A stretch of 64,000 nt of DNA from Oopsacas minuta (GCA_024704765.1 JAKMXF010000222.1:1215930-1279929); one strand, 5' to 3'; shown: positions 11,498 to 24,402, numbered from the stretch's first letter. The notes: generated from the sequence alone by a model not told the origin. Numbers and translations are program-made.

Positions 11498-12274
11498 ATG
11501 GCACAACCGGACGATATACAGATTGCTCCGGTGGAGAGAGATGCATACATAACAGAGACTAGTTTTGTTGATAACTCATTTGTTACTGAAGATGATATTC
11601 CTATCGTAGAAGACTTCACAGCTGTTTCAGAAGGTGTTGGGTATTTGAATATGTACACTTCTGATTGTGATCCGGACACTGTAAGTGCTAAAAAAGCTGA
11701 AGAAATTGTTGAAATAAAGGAGAATACGATTAAACGAATAATTTCAGCTCGATGGCTACTGAATGACTATCTAAGCTCTGACGATAGGGACCCCCAGGAT
11801 AAGTTCAACAATCTCCAGAATTTCACAAAAGACATTATTTCTTTCGTTAAGATTCTTTTCTTACTAAAGAGCTCAGAATCTTCTCCTGATGAAGTAAAAT
11901 CAAAACATTCTACTCTCATAACTAATCCTGCTGCAGACTCGCATGACACAGGTAACCTCACAGACAGTAGTCCTCTATTGGGAGACTTTCAGACACATGA
12001 AGCTGATGATATAGCTATTCTACAGAGTATACGTGCTGAGGTAGAGTATTACAGTCAGCAGTGGGTAGAATTAGGAGAGTCATCTGAAGAAAGAAAAAGA
12101 GTATTTTCTGATCCAGATACAGATGATTTCTCTCAGTTCAGTTCTGTGTCATTTCGCTCTCTTTCATATAAAAGGAATTTCTTGTGGGTGATTCTAGCAA
12201 TTATTGTTAGTATGGTGGTAATTGTGATTTTTATAATCTTAGTTTTGATTATAATATTTTCAGTTAACAGGTAG
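11498..12274 (+). CDS. Uncharacterised acidic protein with a single C-terminal transmembrane helix (tail-anchored)
   Basis: 258-aa ATG-started ORF. C-terminal LWVILAIIVSMVVIVIFIILVLIIIFSV is preceded by basic YKRN. No family recognised. Confidence 0.7.
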   Translation: MAQPDDIQIAPVERDAYITETSFVDNSFVTEDDIPIVEDFTAVSEGVGYLNMYTSDCDPDTVSAKKAEEIVEIKENTIKRIISARWLLNDYLSSDDRDPQDKFNNLQNFTKDIISFVKILFLLKSSESSPDEVKSKHSTLITNPAADSHDTGNLTDSSPLLGDFQTHEADDIAILQSIRAEVEYYSQQWVELGESSEERKRVFSDPDTDDFSQFSSVSFRSLSYKRNFLWVILAIIVSMVVIVIFIILVLIIIFSVNR

Positions 12275-12573
12275 ACTCAACCTGTTAACTGAAAATTTCT
12301 TTTTGTAGCTTAATTCTTTCTTCTTATTTTAATATGAATATTTATTTTTACTTACAAGTACCATTTTTGTACAGTGGATAATTTCATTTGGAATTGTTCT
12401 TGCGATACATTATTAACCTAAACATATTTACTCAAGTCTTAATTTTTATGTTATGCGTGTTATGTTAGTGCGCGAAATACAACACTCATAAGTAAACATA
12501 GTCACATCAGATCAGTTTCAGAAGGCTTATGCAAGTGCTTGAGTTATTATTAATATTAGGTTTTAAATTTCCA

Positions 12574-12830
12574 ACCGTTTAAGAAGTGACGTATATTTAT
12601 GGAAAGCTGTATTGAATTCGAAATTCGAAATTCTGAGATGTCGCATTACTATGTATTTATTATTTATCGTGTTTACCAAGAAAGTCTCATGTAAATTTAT
12701 TGTTGTTTTTATTAATATCAAGTAAACAAATAATTTAAATCTCAAATTATACATAGAGACTTGCTTTAAACGATATTTATGGTAATCAAGTACACGCTGA
12801 ATCCGAATTTAGCATTTTCAAGTTTCTAAC
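12574..12830 (+). repeat. Degenerate internal fragment of the Helitron-like repeat family
   Basis: Shares blocks GCATAACTATGTATTTATCGTG, ATGTAAATTTATTGTTGTTTTT and GCTGAATCCGAATTT with copies at 17301, 33260, 41981 and 55147. Confidence 0.55.
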
Positions 12831-13250
12831 ATATACAATTATTGTTGTTTTTATGAATATAGTAGATACCAATTTCAATATAGTTCCAGAAACTTGGTTT
12901 AAACGGTTATTCTAGGGTAAGTACAGTAATCCCAAACAGTTATACTTATTAGGTTAACAAAGGTGCCCCGATTTGCGAATGTCTACTGTATTATAATTTG
13001 TATTTGTATTCTACCTCTTTAGTTAATTAATTATATAGCTATTATATATATCAGTAATTTATATATCAGTAATTTTGGCTTCTCTTCATGAATACTGATA
13101 TTTGTTCCGAGTCCGAGCGTTTCAACCTTGGATCTTTGGCACAGAGGAAGTATTAGCCACGTCCCCGGTTATTATTAAATTCCATTATTGTGTTGGCTGT
13201 ATTTTGCTACTTATCCCTAGCTCTGGTATTTATAGTTGGGAATTAAACGA

Positions 13251-13904
13251 ATGTCTTCAGCTACTCCTGTACATGCTGATTGCTTCAACATTCTACTCTT
13301 GGGTCAAGCTGATGTTGGTAAATCCTCTATCATAAGAAGATTGGATCAAAATTGTTTTGTAGAGGGTCAAGGCACTAATAGTCTTGGGAGGGATTTTATC
13401 GCTAAAAATTTCATAACAAATTCTGGTGAAGTCTCTTGTCGGATTTGGGACACTGCAGACATGGAACGTCACTCTGCTAACATTCCTAGCCACTTGTTCA
13501 GGGGTAAACAAGGTTTTGTATTCGTATTGAGTTTTACCTGTAAACATTCCTGGCGAAACCTCAGGGATTGGATTGATATTGCAAAGTCATTTTACCCATC
13601 CGGTCTTCCTCCCAGCATCATTTTAGCAAACAAAAATGATTCTCAGCCATCTGAAAAGACCGTAAATGAAGTAAAAGATATGTATAATGGTTATAAATGT
13701 TTCGAAACTAGTGCTTTATCAGGGCATGGATTAATTGAAGCATTCGAATTTCTAGCAGATGAAATGCTTAGATATAATTCAAATAGGCATGACAGAGATC
13801 ATTACAATAGAGGGAGGGATGATGCTATCCGTGGAGCATCATTCTCTACAGTTGATTCTCCATTTAACTTTGTTAGACTCATGAAAACATGTTCTATATT
13901 ATAA
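13251..13904 (+). CDS. Divergent Rab-like small GTPase with CaaX end, intronless
   Basis: G1 GQADVGKSS, G3 WDTADME, G4 NKND, G5 ETSAL, C-terminal CSIL. The first ATG is at 13251 (the ORF track starts at an upstream TTG). Confidence 0.8.
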   Translation: MSSATPVHADCFNILLLGQADVGKSSIIRRLDQNCFVEGQGTNSLGRDFIAKNFITNSGEVSCRIWDTADMERHSANIPSHLFRGKQGFVFVLSFTCKHSWRNLRDWIDIAKSFYPSGLPPSIILANKNDSQPSEKTVNEVKDMYNGYKCFETSALSGHGLIEAFEFLADEMLRYNSNRHDRDHYNRGRDDAIRGASFSTVDSPFNFVRLMKTCSIL

Positions 13905-14519
13905 GTTGTATTCCTGGCGTGTATATTTTATTTCCACTATTTGTATATCAGTTGAATTTCAATTTATTTTCACGATCTTCATATTCTGTGATTTATGATG
14001 TATTTACCAACATAAATATCGACTCGTACTTATAATTTTATGTATTCTTGGCTATCAAATAACTGGCCCCTCGCTTATTCATCTGTAAAAATTCACAATT
14101 TTCAATATTTCGTCAATAAACTGGACATTACTAGACACAAGAAATCCGAGAATTTGACACCAATATCCTCGTTAGGTCACTTAATTGAACCTAGGAGAGT
14201 TAATTGTACAATCGATATTGGAATAATAGAGTAGATCTATTATCGTACCATACATGTAATAGTAATTGTGCACTGAATTAACGATAAGCTATTTTATATT
14301 ACTTGTCCATAACGGTTCATGCTCACATTAGTGAGGGAATACACATAATGATAATTTCAAGGTTTATTCGGACGAATAGAATTCAAGCGAGGAAGGTCCG
14401 AAATCAAGTTGTGCCGAGCTGCACGAACGACCAAATTATCTAGATAATCATTCTATCATATAAGTGTTATTTAAGTGTTTTTAACCTTATGACACATCGC
14501 ACACTTGCTATGAGACTTA

Positions 14520-15734
14520 GCTTTATGATAAAAATAATACTAAATAGTAGTTGATTATAGTTCTATAGAAACTTTTAGTTAGGACTCTTTTGTGTTCATA
14601 ACTGCATAGCACTGCCATCCAGGGGTACAGGGTTGAAGTCTTGGATATATAAAAATATTGGACCATACACCTGAACTGCATTCTAATTATTTTCATGCGC
14701 CTAGGCTATAGATTTAGGATATAAGAATCTTTTAACATAGAGATTGCGCGTATCTCCACTAATCCAGGGGTTGTTAACACTAGCTACACTTATGGATGCA
14801 AGACACATTTTACTACTTGTATAGTTAAAATTTCAATATTTTTTGCCCAGATAAAACGTAATGAGATAGTTGAATGGTTAAAATATTTTACATACTAACT
14901 GACCTATAAAATACAATACCTTCCGCCGTCCCAGTTTCCTAAGGAATTCCGGATGAGAAACAAGTAATTTAGTCTACATGGCCTAAGTTATATATTTTCA
15001 AATCTACACATAATATTCAATAAACTGTATTCAACCACGAATAGATAGCTGTTGGATGTTATCGACATGAACACTTGTGAAACCACCTAGTCTCATTAAT
15101 TTGCATAATAAACTTATCCTATACTTTAAGTAATTACTCATATTCTACTATCAAAAGATAATCTACTCACATATTTGTTTGTATTTCCTTAGAACCTAGA
15201 GGGTTGTCCTTCATAATATATCCACCTGGAAAATGGTTTGACTGAAAACAACATCGCTGACGCAAAGAAATTGACCAAATGGCAATAAGATATATATTAA
15301 AACCACTGAGAAATGCAAATGGTGTGAAACTTAAACTTGCTCATAGATGATACGTAATCCCTAATTTACACAAGGGACATAAGGCGATACAAAGTTCATT
15401 TATAATGTGACTTGTAAAATTGTAATTAACCAAAAGAAATCTTTAGCTAAGCAGGTTCAAGTTTCAGACATTAGAAATATAGCAAATCTATATTTTTGGG
15501 TAGATAGATTAATTGTAACTTTTGGTGTGTGAATATATTACCTCAGAAAATGGATACGAGCAGTAATTAGTGAAGTCTTGTGTTTCATACTCTTCTATAT
15601 TTTGTTGAGATTATACTTTACTTTGAGGAAGGAGGAGGTTTTAGGTTAGAACATACGGAGAGTAATCTATATTTACCAGATGAAGGGTTACAATTCATCA
15701 TCATGTGCATAGGCAAGCTGCATATATTGAAAGA
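14520..15734 (-). CDS. Candidate multi-exon gene of short exons, product unknown
   Basis: Phase-compatible AG/GT-bounded minus-strand segments ~15734-15677, 15594-15542, 15241-15171, 14973-14920, 14670-~14520 give ...CNPSSEEYETQDFTNYCSYPFSESNHFPGGYIMKDNPLGSKEIQTNILNYLFLIRNSLGNWDGGRC... No homology recognised. Confidence 0.3.
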
Positions 15735-15962
15735 TCTTTTTAGTTGAAATCAAATTATTCAGCGAATATAGATTATTATTAAGTAATATGAAAAACAGTC
15801 AGTATTGTATTATTTATTGTGTAGCAATAAATTGAACTCTATGATTACAGGATTAGGAAGTTTGTGGAAGTATAATTATTAATTATATATTCTGATCTAA
15901 AATATATATTATTTTATCTTAGTATGGGAAATACTGGACTGATTTCATTGGTGTTTACTAGT

Positions 15963-16046
15963 CATTTATTAACTGTAAAATGTATGCTTCTTGTGTTAAT
16001 TTGCTCTATTAACAGCAAGAAGCATACATATTACAGTCAATAAATG
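15963..16046. ncRNA. Long near-perfect hairpin, pre-miRNA/hpRNA candidate
   Basis: 38-bp stem (15963-16000 with 16008-16046), 2 mismatches and 1 bulge, 7-nt loop TTGCTCT. No TSD seen. Confidence 0.3.
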
Positions 16047-17300
16047 CACATAATTATGTGATAATGCCCAGAATTCTGACAGTATATTTGCATCTTGAAA
16101 ATATTTAAACATTACCTCCAAGCAGGTATAACCACTAATACAGGATCAAACTCCATCCCAACCAAGTGAGGAATGCCTCAAAATAACCTAAAACGAATTT
16201 CTACTCTACTGTGGAACGGACAAAACAGGAAAACAATGATTCGTAGGCTATGAATGATTGAATTTAATTACAGTATATGATAGATTATAACATTCTGAAC
16301 CTGGGTTTACTTGTTCCATTCCAAATAAGTGCTTTAATATTAAAGGAGGAAATATGGATGTATTTTCCTCCACAATAGGAGACAAAACACTTAATTAAAT
16401 GATCAATATTTCCCTCCCTCCATGTACGCAATCTAAGTTAGGAAACTCTATTAAATTGAGTAATGTTTACATTTCTCATCAGCGGCACTTATATTGTAAT
16501 CAGACCCATGTGTCATGACCTAAACACTAATATTAATAACACAGCCAATTTGTTAATTACTTGAAGAGGTAAACTACAAATATAAAAGCTTGTTAGGTAA
16601 TTGACTGCCTGACTATAGGTATAAATGAGCGATTACGAAATAATTATGAAACTGATATAAATATTTTGTATTAATGATGCTGAAGAACTCATAATTATAT
16701 ATCACATTCTTGAATAATTTATTCCATCGGAGGATATCAGAGACTGTACATTCTATAAATAATGACTACTTACTCTTCTCGTATAATTATCATTAGTACA
16801 ACCTTGAAGATTACTTTCTTATTAACTAAGTTGTATGTTGTATCATTGAACAACTTTATCTGACTAATTTAAGGTTATCGTTCCAATTGCTTAATTTAGA
16901 TTTTGCAATTACCGTTGCTGCAAGCTGCATGCGACTAATGAATTTCTACATTCTTAGAGTCCCAATCCCATATTTCTGGATTGGGTATTCCTGAATCCCT
17001 GGATTAGTGTCACCAATTGTAAATGATGTAAATTTGAATTATCTAATAACTGGTCGATATGCTGATCTTAAGAATAGATAAAATATTATCTTATTTATTA
17101 AAACTCCAAAGGTCTTAAAATCATACTTCTATAGCTATAATTGGGTAATCCAGTATGCTGAGTCCGAATATGATATTGTTAGCATCTTATGATTAATATT
17201 TGTTGTTGTTTATTTTCAAATTTCAAAAAAGTATTTGAACGAAAAATGACCATGAAAATATTAAGCGCCAGGGCTCTTATTCAGAGAAATACCGTATGTA

Positions 17301-17723
17301 TATATATTATTAAATCTCAATTGTTGTCTGATTGTTTGTCCGTTGTCAAGGAAAGGATTTATGGCATGCACTTTTGAAATTTCCGCATAACTATGTATTT
17401 ATCGTGTTTCTCAAGAAAGTAAATAGAATTCAATATACTTCACTAAATATACCGAACATGCTGAATCCGATTTTCACACTTTTGGATTAATCATATGTAA
17501 ATTTATTATTGTTTTTATGAATATAAAGTAAACAAATTTCAAAATTGAGGTAGAATCATACTTTTAACAACTATACTGGGGTAATCGATTATACTGAATC
17601 TGAATATTGTAAGCCACATCAATATTATTAAATCTCAATTGTTGTTTGCTTGTTTGTTTGTCCGCTGAATACCTCGAGGCGCAATGCGCCGAGTTCATCG
17701 CGAAGCGACGAGCCAAAGGCTCG
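17301..17723 (+). mobile_element. Non-autonomous Helitron-like element (composite, two 5' ends)
   Basis: 5' T(A)TATATTATTAAATCTC, a second internal TCAATATTATTAAATCTC near 17617, and a 3' GC-rich hairpin GAGCCAAAGGCTCG followed by T. Confidence 0.7.
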
Positions 17724-18440
17724 TATATTATGAAATATAGATTATCAGTCTGGATCCCGGGATTAAAATCTTATTGGAGGATTTGACCATTGCTCTCGGT
17801 CCTACACGCCAAAAGGAATATATCATATATGTATATATCTTGAAATTATATTTATTTTAATTTAATTATTGTGTGAGTTCCTGTTTGCCAGGAATGATCT
17901 ACTGTATTATATATCTTGTATGGTTCAATCCACTTCTCAATTACTAGTGAACAGTTCATATAATTGTTCTAATGTACTCTACCTTCCTGGCTATAGTATA
18001 GTTCTCTCTACTATCTCGCAGCAAGTAATAAAAGAGGCGGAATAGTCTGGTCAGGTTTAATTACTTTTGAATCAATTTGATATTTGATATTGACCAGATT
18101 CAGATAATTATAAAATTGGGAAAGTTACATTTGACAAAACTTTAACCTTTCTAACTTTAACATTGTTTTTCAGATTATCTATTGTAACATATTTGTTACG
18201 ATATAATAATATTCTCAGTAATATGATAATGTATTGGGGTCTATTTGTGGATGACTTTTGGGGTTAAAATATTTTTAGAATAATTAATTTAACGAAAGTG
18301 ATATACGTATAATTAATGTAATTAATGATGATAGTTATGATTATGAGCAAGTTAATTCATTTAATGGACCAATCTCTCCGCCCATGATTAGTTGGTTATG
18401 TATTTCTTCAGTATTAATATATTTATCATATAGGGTATTA

Positions 18441-18600
18441 AAATTAAGTTGGTACAGGCGGTGATTTAAGTTTTTTTTAATCTCAAATCACCGTCTGTAC
18501 CAACTTAAATTTTACAAACTTCATTTTAGTCGATTATTGAAAGATATTATTATACTAAATATCCATTTTAGCAAAGAAAGATAAAATTGAATTTTACTAA
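18441..18600. repeat. Palindromic dispersed repeat (MITE-like), second copy at ~47815-47932 on the opposite strand
   Basis: AAATTAAGTTGGTACAGGCGGTGATTT ... AAATCACCGTCTGTACCAACTTAAATTT inverted arms. The adjacent ATATCCATTTTAGCAAAGAAA block recurs reverse-complemented at 47.8 kb. Confidence 0.7.
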
Positions 18601-18689
18601 TTTGTAGACATTTTGAAAATGGCAAAATCGAATTCTACGTCCCTGTTTACCCCTATCTAACAAGTGGAAGCTAATCTCTAGGATATTTT

Positions 18690-19115
18690 GAAATGTTCAC
18701 CAAAAGGTGTGAAAATCTACACATTAGAAATTTATCAAATTCAGGTACACAACTAGATGTCATGTCACTATGAGTATACATGCCAGATTTGGCGTCTTAA
18801 TCTCTAAAAGTGTGAACAGCAGAGCGAAAACATATATGTATATATATATATATATACGATTATACGTATATACTCAGTCAACCATTGCTGAACTGAGCCA
18901 CTATACTATGGAATAATATTAGTCGGCACAGTACAAATTAAGAAAAATTTCGATCATATTTTCTATCGTTTTAGGCTGACAGAATTTAAAGAATTGCGAA
19001 TCTAGATCCCAAAATGTATATCAAAATGTACGTACTAATTTCATGGTAATCGGACTGGTAGATTTCGCATGGCCGCGCGGACGGACGCACGCACGCACCG
19101 GCACGTAATAGATTC
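18690..19115 (+). mobile_element. DINE-1/Helentron-like interspersed repeat (second family)
   Basis: Shares AGGTGTGAAAAT..CAACTAGATGTCA..GAGTATACATGCC..CTGAGCCACTA..AGTCGGCACAG with 31130-31290 (minus) and AATCGGACTG.TAGATTT.GCATG.CCGCG with 54455-54483. It has a GGACGGACGCACGCAC microsatellite. Confidence 0.55.
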
Positions 19116-20761
19116 CCTTATAGGAGGTGATTTTTGATGAACGATCGTCATCGTCATCGTGATCATTAATTTGGTGATCAACTAATGCCTACGTATATGA
19201 CATGTAAATGAACTGAAAATGACCTGATCTGTTGCAATATTTTCACGATGACCTGGCATGGCCTAACTATAATAATATAGAACCTTTTGACAAGCCTGAG
19301 TACTGATGCCTGCCTGCCTATATAATAATATCATCCTTACTCACTCACTGTACATAATTAATGATCTCAATAATTGCCCACCACATGATGAACAATTTGA
19401 GATTTATTAGTACTAGAACATACTGTCCGGACGAGGCCTCCTCAATATGGATTTCTGAGCAGGGGGAGGACTGGACCATATACTTTGAACCCTGTTTTGG
19501 GTTTGAAATTCTTAGGGCGACTGAATGGCATAGCTATCACCTTGGTGATGATAAATTTTATAATCATGTATTCAAGGTGTATTGTTAGTTTCAAAATTGT
19601 ATATATATAAACATACATTTCCTGTTCTTCGAAAATAAGTACTATTACCTCAATTCCGGGTCCAATCACTGTGCAGCTGTGTGATAATTATTTAGAGTTA
19701 GAGTCATCCGATCTTTGAGGTTGTTTATGCATTAGACATATGCTAAATTCAATCCATGCCACGAAGAGTTATTCAAAGGACGGGGTCGGGTTGAAACTCC
19801 CTGGATATGTTAGAAATCCACACGTAAAAGAACTATCAAAAATGAGTTATTTATCATACGATTAGTGGTGTTAGGTAGGCAATTTTTGATGAAAAGGTTC
19901 ACAGCTTCCGTTATAATTTTGCAATTTTATTATACTATTTAAACATAACTATTCCCGTATGATAAACATAACTATCCTCGTATGATAAATTTTATAATGT
20001 TGGCGTACTTGTTGGTTAAAGTTATGCGCAAATATATAATTGTGTGAGATACTGAAAACAGTTGATTCGCATGAATTTGCTTGCCTACCCCCTATGCTAT
20101 TCAAATAAAATGGGAAGTAAATATACTCAGAAAAACTCTATCTCGAGCAATCCAATATTACTATAATAAGCTGCATTACCGATGACAAAAACATATTAGA
20201 ATGAACCAATAAGTTAAGATGTCATTAGTGGATTATTTGATTTATTTCCCAAAGTCTAGCAAATTCTTTCAGGACACCAATTTATATAATTTCTATTGTA
20301 CTGGATAATTAATATTATATTTTGTTATTTATACCCAAAAGTAAAAGAATATTTCTCATTTTAATATCGTTGGAGTAATGAAATATCAGAAATTATTTAT
20401 GGTACATGCATAAAGAATTATTATACAATTACAATACAATTAAAATATAGTTATAATACAAAGTACATAATTTGTATACATTATTAATACATCAATATAT
20501 TAGTATATTATTTATTTATTATTATATTAATCTGTGTCTGATTCTTGAATGAATGAAGAATTTATTTACTAGCTATGTAATTACTGTAGTGTTGATTTAT
20601 TTATTCTATACTATTCTATACTATTCTATACTATTATGTTTAGTATTAGGATTAAATATTGTTATTATTGATTGGAGAAAAATTATCGTAAAATGTTGTA
20701 TAATTGATTATTTATAGTCGGTAATTATTTCATGCTAATTAGATGTCATTAATATAAGTTG

Positions 20762-20836
20762 TTTGTTATTTAGTTAGTTAGTAGTTAATTAGTTAGTTAG
20801 TTAGTAGTTAATTAGTTAGTTAGTTAGTTAGTTAGT
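20762..20836. repeat. (TTAG)n-type microsatellite just downstream of the Sp gene stop
   Basis: Direct tandem TTAG/TAG units. Confidence 0.9.
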
Positions 20837-20851
20837 TATTTTATTATGTTA

Positions 20852-22497
20852 CTATAACCTATGCTCTTTGATAAGATCTTCACGAGTTTCCAAAAGAAGC
20901 GATTTGTTGGCTCCAGCTAATTCCATAATCTGTGAGTTGGGTATAGTGTAGTTATGCAGATACTGACTAGGTGTAGATCCAATGTCTACGTAGTTTGGTG
21001 TCAGCACAGGGTCGCATTTAGGAAGTATTGTATTCTTAGTTTCTACGAGTTTATGTTTTGCATGTGTCTTCTTGTGTTTACTCAGATGGTCACTTCGCAT
21101 GAATCTCTTGGAACAGATATCACAGGCGAATCTTTTCTCCCCGGTATGTGTTCTTCTATGCCTCTGTAGCTCGTCACTACGAGTGAAGCATTTCCCACAG
21201 AATAACCAATCACAGACAAATGGTCGTTCTCCTGTATGCCATCGCAGATGAGCTCTCAGATGAGAAGTCTTACCATACATTTTACCACAATCCTGATAAT
21301 GACAAATATGGGTTTTCTTTTTTCCAACTTTGCTATTCTCCCCGTTTATGCAGTTAGGACAGTTGCAAGCTATTCTACGTGTTCTCTTTTGAGGTTTGTA
21401 CTCTGTGGTAGGAGTTTGATAGCAGGAGGTAGCAAACCTTTGGTATGCGGAGGGACCAAGGGACTTTATCAATGTTGCTTGGTTGGTAAACTGCTGCATT
21501 ATAGCGTATCTCTCACAAACTTTGATGTCCTGGTTGTTAAACGACTGGTAAGCTGCTGAACTGGCGGAATTTGGCGTTATAGGTGTAATCGGGGTATTAG
21601 GCATACTGTTTAATGTGTGTGGATGTTGTTTGATGGTCGTAGTATTGAATGGTTGACAATGAGGTTGGATATTGGACAGCTTTCCTTGTGGCCATCCGCA
21701 ATTACCATTTATGGGCAGTATAGTTGGTCGAATACTCACTGGGGAGCATGATGTATTGCTTGCCTTTGCCATCTAAAGAGTAGAATTTATTGAATTGTGC
21801 TCTCATACAACATAATCATAAGGAAATAATAAAATACGTATTAGGAATTTTCGATATTATAATAATTAAATTTTAATAAAACTCACTTCAATTTTCTGAA
21901 TGAAATTGATAGTTGTCCCTGAACTTTGTGGGTTTACTCCAAATTGGTTGTTTGGCAGGTTAGATAGTGCTATTTGGGCGGGATAATGTAAAGAGTTAGG
22001 AGACTGGGCATTACAATCTGATACTAATGTTTGATTCTGATAAGGGAGACTATGATATTGTGTGTATGCATTGAGATTTGCTTGTTGGTAGAAATTGTTG
22101 TTATTATTGCTTGACACATTATGAGTATAGCTCCCTTCTGGAGAATGAGGTTCTTGAATCCAAATACCTGAATCTGGAGAATTGACATCTGTATTCAATG
22201 TGTCAGTTAATTTGGGCGTGTCAGTCGATAAGGCTTGTGTCATTGGTGCTAAGTTTTGACAAGCAAGAAAGTTGCTTATATTATTCCAATTTTGGCTGGT
22301 GCACTATAAAATGAACAATTTATAATAATACATAATCTATATTTAATTATTTATAAATTGCGTCAAAGTTAATAGACTATTTGAAAGGCTGCTAATTAAT
22401 TAATTAATTAATTAATTAATTAATGACTTACCGACAGTGGTGGCACTTCAAAGAAATATCCTCTATCTTTCTCAAGTGAGCTCATTGTTGCAACCAT
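20852..22497 (-). CDS. Sp-family C2H2 transcription factor; complement join(22497..22432,22303..21887,21772..20852)
   Basis: Buttonhead box [10 protein letters not shown] plus three fingers ([31 protein letters not shown]). Donors GTAAGT and GTGAGT, with all junctions in phase 0. Sp5 versus Sp6-9 clade was not resolved. Confidence 0.9.
22393..22424. repeat. (TAAT)8 self-complementary microsatellite in Sp intron 1
   Basis: Perfect 32-nt run starting 2 nt beyond the GTAAGT donor. Confidence 0.9.
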
Positions 22498-23975
22498 TGT
22501 ATCTTCTTGATGATATGAATTATAATCTTTTTAGGGTAAAACGTAGTTTACTTATTTATTTTAATAATCTACAGTTAAAATATATTAATTATTTATTCGA
22601 TGTATTAATTTATGTTTTAAATTAAATCTAAAATCTTAATTATATAATATATAGTATTGTATTCGATTCTAGTTATGTTGTAAATATCGAATTACAATAT
22701 ACGTTGAATTTATCTATATTGATAAATTATTTTGGAATCCTCGGGTATACATTTACAGAGAGAGAGTATACGTTGCTATCTTCATTTCAGTATGACCCTT
22801 ATGACCTCTAAATTGCATCATGTACAATGTCAATTGATATTGTATACCGTTGCAGTTATATTAGAATTGTTGTAATCTGCAGGTGAAAGGGTGGAGCTTA
22901 TTTAACATAATATACTTAGGTTAGAGCTCATTAGTCGTAAGCAGAGTTTTTCCAATTTCTACCCGATTCATATCTATCTTACTTACTTTTTATTTGCATT
23001 TGCATAACATACAAATTATGTGGCACAACTATTTTAAATTCTTGGAAGTAACATTATTCTTCCGTTAGCTTATTTTTCTGCAATTAACCTCTAAGTGAAC
23101 CACAAGGCTAAGTTTTACATTTGTCTATTCACTATCATACCCACAATGCTGGAGGTAACTTGATTTCAATAAATGCATTCCTTTCTATCAACATCTGCTC
23201 TGTGTGTATTTTGATAGATCCCAATGCTATGGTTTGGATGTGGAATGTCTCTTCAATACATTAATTAACGTTAGTACTTTCTTTGTTCTCAAACTTAATT
23301 AGCTATAGAGGGTTTTACTTTTCCTATTAATTATTAGTTTAAGCTCTTCTCTAGCTCATTTAGCTCCAGTCTTGAAACTAATATTATAAATGTATTTAAA
23401 CTTCATTCGGCTATTTATTCACAATTAAAGAAGACGCCTTATACTTCAGTTAACTAAGTGGCCATTATTAGTTGTTATTATTTATTATAATTCTCTTCTT
23501 TAATTCTCCTTGTACGTTAGATCATTGAACTTTAAGTTTAGTGTACTGTTTTGTATATATAATTGTTATTTTGATCTGTACGAATTGTAAAGTATATTGA
23601 GATCTTGTATAATGCGCTAAACAAATGCGGTATTGTATAGCCGTACCATTTATATCTTAGATGATCCTGTGTATGTGTTTCATCAACTCATCTGTAAGTA
23701 ATATTTTTAAATGCAAACTAACTTGATTTAATTAATTTCATCCTAACTTGTTCCGATTGATCCGGTTAAGTGACACGAGGCTCGCCGTACCTACAGTACC
23801 AGTTGCACCGCCCCTGGTGTGAAGTTATGATAGCATGTATTCGTGGGTAGCCTAAATGATGTGATGGTGAACCTTAAACAAGGCTAAATGAGATGCTCGC
23901 TGTGATCCTGAAGAGCGGACCGTGGAGCGAACTCTTACTTTACTAACAATTGATATATTGAAACATAAACAATTA

Positions 23976-24402
23976 TGAGCCTTTGGCTCGTTGCTTCGCG
24001 ATAAACTCGGCGCATTGCGCCTCGAGATATCTATTATTCTCCAAAATTGACGGCCCCTTTGAATAATAATAATAATAATATAGATATATTTAGAACAATA
24101 TAATTCACAAATGTACGTATATGGCATAGATATTATTGAATTATTTTGTAAGATCAACCCCCTTTGTAGCCATTGAGAGCAAGTATCTATGTAAATTTTG
24201 AGAATTTGCTAATTTGTTTCCTTTATAGTCTTAAAAACAACAATAAATTTACATATGAGAAACTTGAAAATGCCAAATTCAGATTCAGCGTACTGTGTTA
24301 CCCCTGTGTAGCCGTTTAGAGCAAGCCTATTCATAAAACAAACATATATTTATATATCAACGGACAAACAAACAAACAACAATTGAGATTTTATAATGTA
24401 GA
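23976..24402 (-). mobile_element. Non-autonomous Helitron-like element
   Basis: On the minus strand: A|TCTACATTATAAAATCTC ... GAGCCAAAGGCTCA|T. Confidence 0.75.

Noticed and set aside
6468-11961. Antisense ORFs 6468-6836, 8129-8563, 11377-11679, 11767-11961 (also 20954-21559, 51502-51759, 53376-53744, 57666-57914)
   Set aside because: They are shadows of real genes on the opposite strand with no independent motifs.
23140-23260. Open minus-strand segment ending in a GTATGA donor upstream of the Sp gene
   Set aside because: No phase-compatible partner exon at a plausible intron length and no recognisable homology.
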